Assembly: GCA_014905635.1 (NCBI GenBank)
Contig: JABVCE010000019.1
Coordinates: forward strand, 496,001-560,000
Direction of reading: 5' to 3'
From: Scenedesmus sp. PABB004
Taxonomy: Eukaryota
DNA length: 64,000 nt
In this document: positions 1-15,176 of the stretch, in pieces
Layout of the letters: each line of letters starts with the position of its first letter
Numbering within the stretch: position 1 is the stretch's first letter
Translations under genes and position numbers: made by a program
Notes under the pieces: generated by a model
The model's input: the letters and a program-made list of their open reading frames with translations, nothing else
Database searches by the model: none
What the model was told of the DNA's origin: nothing

Positions 1-211
1 GGCAGCTGGCACCTGAGCTTTATTTACGCTTGTAAAGACGAACTAGCATGCGCAGCGAGGCTCGCGGGGCCGCAGCGCGGAGCTGACGGGCCGGAGGGCG
101 CGCGCAACTGCGACTCGGCTGCCTCCGCGCCCGCGCGCCGGTCGCGGCACCGATCAAGACAACGGAGAGCTCACAGTGGTCGCACCCGCTGCCACGGCAA
201 ACGCGCGACGC

Positions 212-3200
212 TCATGCGCCGCCCGCGGCGGCGGCGCCACAGTCGTCGCGCGGCGCGCAGGCGCAGCGGGCCTCGTCGAAGCCGGCGGGGCCGCAGCAGG
301 ACGCAAAGTCAGCCACGCGCGCGCCGGTGGCGCGCTCGGTTGCGGCCCAGCGCCAGACGTCGGCCCCCACCTCGGCCTGGAACTTGCCGGCCGGGTCCAG
401 GGTTGCAACGGCGCAGCCGAACGAGCACCACGTCCGAGGGTGCTCCGTGGCGCCGTCGTAGCACCTGGCCGGCGCGGCGGCGTGGGCGCGCGCGACCGCA
501 GCGGCGCGCGGCGGCACACGGCGCGCGCGGCGGCACTCGGCGCGCGAGTCGCACCTGCCGTGCTGCGGCCAGCCCGCCTTGCCGAGGTGGAGGCGCGCGT
601 TGCCGCAGACGGGCGATCGGAAGACCGACATCACTGCGGCGGGCGGAGACGGAGGTGGCGGCTGGGAGCGAGCCCTGGGCGTTGGAGGTCTGACCAGGGC
701 CTGACCGGCGCGCGCCGCCGCCGCGGCGGCGAGCTCTCGGGGCGAGAGCGGGGCGGCGAGGCCGCGTGCGTGCGGGGGCGTGGCGGGAACTCAACCCTCC
801 CGGGCGGCGCAGGCGGGCTCCGTCGCCGCGGCGAGCTCTGCGTCCACGGCGCACCGGCTTGGAAGTCGTCGTTGGGGCGCCCCGTGGCGTATGTGAGGTG
901 GTCCTCCAGGTTGACGTACATCACCGGGCCGCCCTCCGCGGGCGACAGGTACGCGCGCTCGCCTGCGCCGGCGCGGCGGCACGCGGCGGCGGCGCGCGCG
1001 CGCGGGGGAGGTCGCGGCCGGCGGCGGGACAGGTCGCGCGGCGGGCGCGCGCCGGCCGGCGGCCGCCGCGGCGCCGCCCCGGGGGACCGCCCCCGCGGCG
1101 TGGCACCCTGGCGGGCCGCCCCCGCGGCGCACCCTTTATGAAGCGCACGAGCGCGGGCGCCCGGAAGCCCCGCCACGCGGCGCGCGGCCCGTACAGCACG
1201 GCCGTGACTGCGGCGAGGCACTCGCCCGCGCGCGCGAGCGGCACCGCGACCTGCGCAGGCCGCGCGCGCGCGCGCGCGCGCGGTGGCGACGCCGGCGGCG
1301 GCGGCGGCGGCGGCGTGGCCTGATGCCAGCCGGCAGCCTGCGGGCTGGTGCGCGCGCGCACGCACGCCGCGGCGGCGCAGAGCTGCCCCCCCCCCCCCCC
1401 AGGCCCCGGCCGCGCACCTCGTACTGGTCTGGGCGTGCGCGCGCGCGTCCATGCGCGGCGGGGCGGCGGGCATGTGTGAGCGCACGCCTGTCCCTCGCAG
1501 CGCTGGCGGCGCGCGCGAGCGGCGGCGCGCGCGCGTGTGGCGGCTCAGCGGCGCGCACCGTAGGAGTTGAACACGGCGTGCATGCGGTTCTCCACCTCGC
1601 TGATGCTCAGGTAGGACCTGCGGGGCGGCGGCAGCGGTTCAGGGCTCCGTACAGCGGAGGGACGCGCGCGCAGACCCCTCACGGGCTGCGCCCGGGCGCG
1701 CTGAGGCGTGGCGCGTGGGAGCATGGCCAGCTCCGGGACCGAGCCCGCGCCGGGGCTCACTCGCGCGCGGGCAGCGTGGCGGGCTGGACGTTGATCGACA
1801 GGTAGAGGCGGTACTGCTCCGACCACCAGCGTGGGTTGGCCTCGATGCCGACGCCTGCACCGCACCGCGGTTTTGACCGCGCGCGCGTGTGTTTGACCGC
1901 ATGCGTTTGACCGCGCGGCCGACGGTGGCGCGCCCCGCACGGGCGGGCGCGCGCGCACCCGTGCCCGCGCTCGCGACGGAGAGCTGCGCGTGCGCGCCGC
2001 GCGGCAGGCCGCCCGGCTCGGCGGGGCCGTCCTCGGCGATGACCTGCAGCGCCTCTGCGTCGCTCAGCGGCGTGAGCCGCGCGAAGCTCACCTTCCACAG
2101 CACCTCGCTGGGAATGAACCAGAAGAGCTGCCGAGTGCGAGAGTGAGCGTGTGTGTGACAGGGGTGAGACAGAGAGCAGCGGGTGCCCGGGCAAGGGAGG
2201 GTTGGGGCGGCGGCGGCCGGGGCGGCGCGGCGCGGCCGCGCAGCGCGATCGGCGTGGGCCGCGCCGCTGGCGCGAGTGCGGGGCTGGGGCGCGCTGCGCG
2301 GGCGGCCCGCCGGCGCGCACACCTGCACCTCGTTCCAGGGCTTGAGCGCCGCCCACACCGCCGCGCTGGTCAGGCTGTTGTTGGCCGCCGCGGCCGCAAA
2401 GTCGCGCGACAGCGCCGACACCGAGTCCACAAACGCGCCGGCGACGATGTCCTGCGGCGCCCGCACGGGCGCGGGCGTTCGCGCGCCGCCGCCACGGCCG
2501 TGCGCCGGCTGTGGCGCCTCGCCGCGCCGCCGCGAGCGCGCGCGCCTGCTTGTCGCGGCGCACGGGCGCGTTGCGCGTGATGGCCAGGGTGACTTCCAGG
2601 ATTATGCCGAGCCGGCCGGCGCTCACCGCGGCCGCGCGCCAAAGGTGCGGGTCGGACGCGGGCGTGAGGCGGCGCACCGCGCCGGTGCCGTCCATCAGCG
2701 TGAGCGCGCGCAGCTGCGCCGTGCACGTGGGGGGGGGGGGGGGGGGCGGTGAGGAGTCAAGGGGTGGAGGGGGGGGGGGTGCGGTCTGGGCGTCAGGGCT
2801 GCAGGCTGCCCGCTGCCTGCATGCAGGCAGCGGCCTGCGGGCGGCCCAGGGCCCAGCCGCCGCCGCGCGCCTGGCTGGAGAGCGAGCCGTACAGCAGCGA
2901 CGAGCCGTGCGTGGCCGTCGCGACGGCGCCGCCGATCGTCTGGTCTATGAACCAGCTGAACGCGGGCAGCGTGTAGCCGGCGGGCGACGCGCCCGTCCTG
3001 CGAGTGCGCGGGGTTCAGGGCATTGTGGGTTCAGGGTTCAGGGCTCAGGGTTTAGGGCTGTCAGAGGCTGCACTGGCAGGGACGGCCCGCGGCGGCGCGC
3101 GTGGCTGACGCGCCTGTGGGCGTCGAGGATGCGCAGCAGCGCGCGCTGCGTGAGGCCCGCCGGCGCAATGACGGTCATCGCCGCCTCGTCGATGGTCACA

Positions 3201-3655
3201 GCGCTCTCGCTGCGGGCGCCCGCCAGCTCGGTGGTGACCACGTTGATGGCGCTGGCGTTGGTCCCGGCGCAGAACTGGCCGCGCCACCAGCTGTGCCCGA
3301 CGCCGACGGCCTTGACGCGCGGGAACGCGCGCACGAGCGCGGCCAGCTGCGCGACGTCGGCGGGGCGCCCGACCAGCACCTCGCGCGCGCAGGCGTGGTG
3401 CCCCTGGAAGTTGCTGAGCGCGTAGGGAAGGCCGCAGAAGGCGTGCGTCGCGCCGGGCTCCATCCGGCAGTACCCGACCGCGCCGTCGCCGCCGCCCGCC
3501 GGCACGGGCGCGCCGGCGGTGCTCGCCCACGGCGCGCCGGCGGCGCTCGCCCACGGCGCGCCGGCGGCGCTCGCCCACGGCGCGCCGGCGGCGCTCGCCC
3601 ACTGCGCAGCCGCGGGGCGCGCGAGCGCCAGGAGAAAAAGCAAGAGCGGCGCCAT
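212..3655 (-). CDS. Secreted FAD-linked oxidase, L-gulonolactone oxidase / ALO family (multi-exon)
   Basis: Signal peptide MAPLLLFLLALARPAAAQ; LSNFQG...VKAVGVGHSWW (FAD His motif); QLNQFIDQTIGGAVATATHGSS; SAGRLGIILEVTL; C-terminal RLHLGKAGW and LDPAGKF; exons join at GT/GC-AG sites; stop at 212. Confidence 0.85.
3506..3601 (-). repeat. 4 x 24-bp coding repeat (WASAAGAP) after the oxidase signal peptide
   Basis: Read directly: WASAAGAP x3 then WASTAGAP. Confidence 0.9.
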
Positions 3656-4100
3656 GGCTGCGCAGCGCGCGCCGCACGTTCGCAACCTTGGTGGCGAATG
3701 CGGCTGGCGCACGCGCCGCTGCGGCGCGAAAGCGCGGTGCGAGCGTCGTAGGAGTGAGGGAGCGTCGCCGACGCGCCGTGCGGGGCGCCACGAGCGCGAG
3801 CGGGGTGCTGTTAGATTGGGCGGGCGCAGCGCTCAACCCCGCTGCTCGCCGCCCTGGGCCACGCACCCTCCGACCCGCTGCACGCCATCGTGCATCCCGC
3901 ACCCGCAGCGGCGGCCTGCCACTGCCGGGCGCCCCTCGGCCCGCGCCCGGCCTGCCCCGCGCGGCGCGCGCATGGCGTCCTGAGCGACGCGCCGGCAATC
4001 CTGTCTGCTCACCGCACCCGGGAGCCGCCGGGTGGAGGAGCAGCCCCCGGGAGCAGCAGCACATCCGCCGGCCTGCGCCCGCCTGCGCACACCGCCAGCC

Positions 4101-4174
4101 ATGTGCGGAGACCCGGCCGCCCGCGGGCCCTATCACCCGGGCAGGTGAGGCTCGACGGCCGCTGCCGCGCGAGC

Positions 4175-4210
<36 letters not shown>

Positions 4211-7041
4211 AGCAGCAACGGCAGCAGCAGCGGCAGCGGCGCCGACGGCGCCCGCTGCGCGTCGCCCGCCGCCCGCGCGCGCAGGGCGGAGCGCCTGCAG
4301 GCGCTCTGCGGCGCGCTGGGCCTGGACGCGGTGCTTCTGGTCACGGGCTGGGACGGCGCGCACAACCTGGGCAGCACTGCGCTCGCGTCGTGGCTCTGCG
4401 AGGGCTGCCCGGGGCACGCGGACGCGCTCGAGGAGGGCCTGTTCGTGGTCACGCCCACCGGCGTGGAGTGTTTCGTTGACCCCCTCCCGCCCGAGTGCGG
4501 CGACGACGAGCCGACCGGCGGCGGCGGCGGCGGCGCGGCGGTCGGCAACGGCGGCGCCGGCGCCGGCGCCGCCGGAGGCTGCTGCGGCGGTGACGCGGCG
4601 GGCGGCAACGCCGGCGGCGGCGGTGGAGGCTGCTGCGCCGGCGGGCGCGGTGGGGACGACCCCAACGGCAGCGCCGCCGGAGGCTGCTGCGCCGGGGGCG
4701 GCGGCGGCGACGCCATGCAGACGTCGCCGCGCCACGGCGGCGGCGCGGGGGCGTGCGCCGCGCCGGCGTCGCCGCCGCCGCCCGGCGCGCCCGACGGCAA
4801 GCTGTCGCTGCTGCTGGCGCTGCGGGGCGGCCTGCGCCGCGTGGGCGTGCCGCTCGGCGTCGAGGTGCTGCACGGCCAGCAGCAGCCGGTCGGCGCGGCG
4901 GCGATGTACGCATGGCCGCTCGTCCTCGCGCTCGCCGAGACGGTCGGCTTGATGCCGGAGCAGCTGTTCGAGGTGCGGGCGCGCACCCACTGCGGGCGGG
5001 CGGGCGGGCAGCGTTCAACGCACGACCGCGCGCGCCGCGCCGCGGGGCGCCGCCGACGCGCGCCGACCCGCGCCGCGCGTGCAGGAGGTGCGCGACGTGA
5101 GCCCCGCGCTGCCGGAGCTGCTCGCCGTCGTCGACGGCGTCGCGCTCGGCGGCGTGCTGCGCGGCCGCCGCCCGCTGCTGCACCGCGCCTGGCTCGACGC
5201 GATGGCCGCGTGCTGGCGCCGCGGCGGCGCCGCCGCGGGCGCCGCGGCCGCCGCGGGCGCCGCCGCCTCCTCGGGCGCCGCGACGCCGCCGCCGCGGCCC
5301 GACCTGGCCGAGACGAGCGTCGCGGCGCCGCTGACGGAGTTCATCGGCGGCTGCCCCTGCCGGCTCAAGCCGGGACAGTACCAGGTGGGTGGGTGTGGGT
5401 GTGTGGGTGTGTGTGTGTGGGGGGGGGGGGGGGACAGCAGCGCCACAGACAGCGCCGTGCAGACGGGCTCGCCGCCGCGGCCATGGCGCACGGGCCGCGC
5501 CTGGGAGGCCCCCGCACGCGCGCTCACGCCCCGGCCGACCGCCCCCGCTCCCTCCGCCGCGCCGCAGCCGCTCGCGCTGCCGCCGCGCGTGCTGTTTGGG
5601 CCGCGCACGTCCGCGCTCGACGCGCTCTCGAGCCCGTCGGTGACGCTCCGCGGCCTCGCCGCCGCGACCGGCCGCGCCGTGCTGCACGCGACGGTCGAGG
5701 CCGCGGACGCGTGCTCCGCGCTGCGCGTCGCGCGCACTGTCTTCTTCGCGCAGGCCGGCGCGGCCGCTGCCACGCCGCCGCCGTCGTCGGGCCCGGCCGC
5801 ACCCAGCGCCGCGGGCGCTGCCACGGCCCCGGCTGCTGCGCCTGGCGCGACGGCCGACTATGAGCCTGACGAGCAGGACCTGGCCGACCTGCTGCGTTGG
5901 TATGTCGCCACCGCCGACGCGGCGTGGGCGGCGATGGAGCACCTCGCGACGCAGGTGCGCGGCGCCTGCAGGGGGGGCTGCGCGGCGGCTGCGGCCCAGC
6001 GGGGCGCAGGGCGGAGCGCGCGTTGCCAGCGGGCGTGGCACGACGGCGCGCCACGCCGCGCCGCGCGCCCGCAGGCGGGTGCGACCTGGGAGTCGGCGCA
6101 GGCGGCGGCCGGCGCGTCGTTCGCGGCGGCCGCCGTGGCCGCGGGCCTGCCGCCGCCGGCGCCCGGCGGCGGCGGGCCGGCGCTGAGCCTGCAGCTGCTC
6201 AGCTGGACGGGCGGGCCGCGGCCGATGCCGCGCCCCGCGGACGTCGTCCGCGACGCGGGGCTGTTCAAGACGCTGCGCGCGCGCGCGGCCGGCGTATCGA
6301 GCCGCAGCGCCGCGCACCCGGGGCAGACCTCGGGGCGGTGCTTTACTCGGATACCTTTTTCGAGGTGCGCCGCCGGGCCGTGGGGGCCTCGAGTTTTGAG
6401 TTTCGAATTCAGACTCTACGGGCAGACCCCCCGCCGCCGGCTGCGCGCGGCGCGGCGCGCGCGCGCGCGCTGCGGCCCACGCCGCACGCCCGCGCCGCCG
6501 CCTGCGCCCGCAGGCGCCGCCGCTGCCGGGCTGCACGGGCGGGCAGCTGGTCAACCTTACCGCCACGCACTGCCCGGTCAACACCTTTTGCCTGTGGGGC
6601 TCCGAGGCGGTCGAGGCGAGCCAGTCGGTCGCGCTGTTCCGCCGCCACCTGCAGGCCCAGCTGCAGGCGGCGTTGCAGGCGCAGGCGGCCGCGCAGCTGG
6701 CCGGCATCACTGCGGCGGCGGCCGAGGCGACGACGCGGCGGTGCAGCCTCGAAGGCCAGCCCGCGCCCGGCGGCGGCGCCGGCGCGCCGGCGTCGCCGCC
6801 GCCCGGCGCGGGCGCCGGCGCGCGCGGCGCGGCGCGCCGCGCGTCGCTGCCGCAGCCGCCGCAGCAGCAGCAGCAGCTCCAGCTGCTGCAGCAGCAGCTC
6901 GCGGCGCAGCAGGCGGCGGGCGGTGGCAGCGGCGGCGCGGCTCGCCGCGGCACGCCGCCCGCGGCGTCGCAGCAGCAGCAACAGCAGCAGCACGCGACGG
7001 CGCTGCTGCAGCAGCTGATGAGCAGCAGTGGCAGCGGGGCC

Positions 7042-7084
<43 letters not shown>

Positions 7085-8288
7085 CGAGCAGCGCGCCGCG
7101 GCAGGCGGCCGTGTCGGGCAAGCACGCCGCCAAGGCCAGCAGCGGGCCGCAGGCCGTCAAGCGCAGCTGCTGTGGCCAGGGCGGGCCCAGCAGCGGCACG
7201 GCGTCGCCCGGCCCCAGCTGGAGCCTGCCCGCGCTCAGCCCGCCGCCCGGCTCCCCGGGCCCGCGCCGCGCGGCGCGGGCGGCGCCGGCCGCGCCGACCT
7301 CGCGGCGCAGCTCCAGCAGCTCGGGCGGCTGCTGTCGCCGGCGGGCGACGTGCCGGGCGAGCTTGGCCTCGTCCTCACAGGTGCGCAGGCGGCGCGGCGT
7401 GGGCTCGAACGCACGCACAGCCGCGACGCCGCCGCGGCTCCGGGCCGCCCCGCGCGCCGATCGCTGCTGCTGCGCCGCGCCCGCGACCCCCACGCCCCCG
7501 CGCGTCTGGCCGACCGCGCGCGCACGCAGGCGCGGCGCGCCTGCCCGTGCTGGATGGCCCTCTCTATGCCCACCGCAACGGCCTGGCCTTTGTCAGCCGG
7601 CCGAACAAGGTCCACCTGCTGCTGCTCAGCGAGGTGCGGGCGGCGAGCGCCGCCGCACGGGGCGCGCGGTCAATGCTGGGGCTGGCCTGGCGCTGGCGGC
7701 GACGCGCAGCGATCGGGCGGCCGCGCGACCGGCGCGCACGAGCGAGCTCGCGCCGCCGCGCGCGCCGCGCAGGTCGAGGCAGTGTGGCTGCAGGACCTCG
7801 CGAGCCAGCTGCCCGGCCACGCCGCGGGCGTGGGGCCGTGCGTCGTGCTGCGCGGGCGGCGGCCCGCGTGCGGGCTGCCGCCGGCGGCGCGGCTCACCGA
7901 CAACCGTCACCTCGCCATCCCGCTGCGCTGCCTCTCCCAGGTGCGGCTGCCGCCCCTGCATGGGCGGCGCAGGGCGCGCGGGGGCGCGCCGCGCGGTCGC
8001 TCGCGTGCAGCCGCTCACGCGCCGCCGCTCACGCGCCGCCGCCGCTCGCGCGTGCAGGCGTGCCGCGACCACTGGGTCGCCACGGTGCTGCCCGCCTGGC
8101 AGGCCGCGACGGGCGGCGTCGTCGCAGCGCGCGGCGCCACGGCGCCGTGGCCGCTGCCGCCGGCGCTGCTGCCCTGCTACCGGTACTGGCTGCAGGGCCC
8201 GCGCAAGCGCTTCCCAGTGCTGCAGCCGGACGACGCCATGGACGCGCTGCTGGCGGCGCTGGACCGGCCGCGCGGCGCGCGGGCGTGA
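4101..8288 (+). CDS. DNAAF9: DNAAF9/C20orf194 (Shulin)-like protein, N-terminal and middle regions; two apparent -1 frameshifts
   Basis: Exon 1 MCGDPAARGPYHPGR splices (intron 4145-4284) to AERLQALCGALGLDAVLLVTGWDGAHNLGSTALASWL; later LEEGLFVVTPTGVECFVDP, RRVGVP, WPLVLALA, DVSPAL, VLFGPRT, LGAVLYSDTF resemble recalled DNAAF9 motifs in the same order; polyQ insert; stop at 8288. Confidence 0.7.
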
Positions 8289-8739
8289 GGGCGGGCGTGT
8301 GGGGTTTGTGGTGGGGCGTGTGGGGCGTGTGCAGCGTGTGGGGCAGCGGTCGCGGCTTGCTTTCCAGGCGACAGGCGGCCCGGCGGGCCCTGGTCGGGCC
8401 GCCGGCACATCATCAGTTGGGGGCGCGGCGGCACTTGCCCTGTGGAGGAGGAGGAAACCCGGCGGGGTCGCCGTGAATGCCGATGGCGTGGGCGGGATCT
8501 CTTTTGCCGCGCCTGATCTCTGCTGCGGGGGGTTTTCATCAGCTGAGCCTGAGCTGCTGCGGCGCCGCCGCCGCGCGTAATGAGGCGCTGAAGCCCTCCG
8601 CCCGCCCGGCGCCCAAGCCACCGTCCCACCGCGCCCAGACCGCCCAGACCGGCCGGCGTGCGCTCGCTCGCGCGTCGGCGGCGCGGCGGTCAAAGCTCGG
8701 CCGCGGCTGCGGAGTGCGGCCCCAGCGGGCTCTCGCGCC

Positions 8740-9115
8740 ATGGTCGCGGCCTCTCGGATGACGCCCGTCGCCGCCGACAGCTGGTGGCGCTCGCGGGTGC
8801 GCCGGGCGCGGGAGCAGCGGCGCGCGCGCGCCGCCGCGGCGCCGCGCCCCTGGCTGGCCTCTCAGCCCTGTCTAACCACCCTCCCCGCGCGTCCCAGATC
8901 GCGAGGGAGGAGGCCGACCAGGCGGCGCACATCCAGCGCGCGTGGGCCGCAGCGGGCGCGCCGCCGGCGCAGCAGCTCGTGCTCAGCTCGATCGGCGCGC
9001 CGCAGCTGCTGCCGCCCACCTGCGCCCTGGAGTCGGGGGGCCCTGGCCCTGGCCAGGCCGCGGGGCCGGCGCCGTCACAGCAGGCCGCGCGAGCGCCGCT
9101 GAGCCGCGTGGCCAC

Positions 9116-9154
<39 letters not shown>

Positions 9155-9634
9155 CGCGCCTGGGGCGCCCAGCAGCCGGTGCGGGAGCAGCGCGGGCGCA
9201 CCGCGGCGCGTCAGCAGCGCCCGCGCTGCGTCGTGCGCGTCCGCGGCTCGCGGCCGCGGCACGCAGCCGGGGCTTGCGTCTGCGCCCCGCTCACGTGTGT
9301 CTGCGACCACGCCGGCGCTGAGCGAGGCGGCCGCCTCGTCCTCCTCGCGTGCCGGGAGCGCACAAGCGGTGGGGCCCCGCGGGCGCAGCGCGCGCACGCC
9401 TGCCGGCGGCGCCCGTGGCGCGCGGCCGCGCGGCGGCGGGCGCCGCCGACGGCGCGCCGCCCGCGCGCCACTGCCCGCCCGCAGCTCGGCCTGCGCCTCG
9501 TGCGGCTGGAGGCGGCGCTCGCGGCGGAGCGCGCGGCGCGGGAGGCGGCGGAGGCCGACATGCGCGCGCTGCTGGCGGCCGCGCGCGGCGGCGCGGCCGC
9601 CGGGGCCGGGAGCGGGCACGGCGCGGAGGGTTGA
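8740..9634 (+). CDS. Small hypothetical protein with C-terminal coiled coil (3 exons)
   Basis: MVAASRMTPVAADSWWRSR | IAREEADQAAHIQRAW...SAQA | LGLRLVRLEAALAAERAAREAAEADMRALL; two phase-0 GT-AG introns join in frame. Confidence 0.6.
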
Positions 9635-9835
9635 CGGGCGCGGCCGCGCGCGTGGCGGCGCGGCTGCTGCGGCGCGCCGGCGACGACCGGGGATGTGGCT
9701 GCTGGTGGTCATCTGGGACTCGCCGGCGCCGGCGGCTGCCAGCTGACCACCAGCAGCCACGCCCCGCGCGGAGCTGAACGCTGCCGCAGCGGCCGCGCGG
9801 CTGCGGCGCGGCTGACGGCCGGCTGGTGGGCCTGA

Positions 9836-11428
<1,593 letters not shown>

Positions 11429-11903
11429 CCCCCCGCGCCCCCCTGACACTGACCCCACCCCACCCCACCCCGGGGGGAGGCGGGCCGCGCGCGGCGGCGC
11501 GCTGCGACGCGGCCGCGGGCCGCGCTGCGATGCGCGGCCGGCGCGCACCCCGACGCATGACACTCTGACGGCTGCACTGCGCATGCGCGCCCGCGCGGGC
11601 GCGCGCCTCTCTCTCTCTCTGTCTTGTGCGCGGGCGGGGCGACGCGCGGCGACCGGTGGCACCGGCGCTGGTGCTGCCCGCCCGCCTTGACCACCACGCC
11701 GCGGCGCCGCGGCGCACTTCTGCTGTGAGAACACTGCTAGGCCGCCACGCATGCGTGGCGCGGGGGAGCGAGGCGCGCGAGCTGGGCATTGATTCAAGCG
11801 GCGGCTGGCGGGGGGATGGCTGCGTAACACACACGACACCGCGGTCAGTCGGGCCGGAATTCAAGTTCAAAGCGCGGCCAGCGCCTGCGCCACTCGGCCG
11901 CCG

Positions 11904-14577
<2,674 letters not shown>

Positions 14578-15176
14578 GAAAAGGCAGCGGTCCGGCCTCT
14601 GCTGCTGCTCTCGCTGCGCGCCGCGCGCTGCGGCGAGGCTGCCGAGAGCGCGGTGATCAGGCGGTTCCTCCGGATGCGACCGCGCCTGAAGCGGCTGCCG
14701 CGGCGGCACGGGGCGGCGGCGTGCACTGGTGCCCCGGGAGCGCTACGATGTGGCTCGGTCGTCGAAGCGGGCTGCGCGGCGGCGGGTGCGAGCGCGTGCG
14801 TCAACACTGCAGGCTACGTGCACATGCAGGCGCCGCCGGGCCTGCGCGGCGGCGCCGGCGACCGCCTCGTTGAACCCTGGAACGCCTCCCGTTCGCCGCC
14901 CCAGCCCCGAGCAAAAGTGCCTCCACGCCCTCGCCTCCGCTACTACTACTGCAATACCTCGCACACACGGGCGGCCGCGGCCCACGGTCGGGGCGGGCGC
15001 GGGGAGAGGAGGGCAGGTCCTCAAGTGCGGGCGCGGCGGGAGCGCGCCGCCCTGACGGCATTGATCATTGATCACCAGCAAGCACAAATACCAGCGCCAA
15101 ATGCGCAACGCAGTGGAAATGTATCCCAATACGCACACACACGCCAGCGCCGCAGCCGCCCGCGCTGCGCTCCCAC

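Noticed and set aside
4449..7493. 1014-aa minus-strand ORF and the many other long Arg/Ala/Gly/Pro-rich ORFs
   Set aside because: Shadow frames caused by stop-codon scarcity at very high GC; they overlap recognisable spliced genes and carry no motifs.
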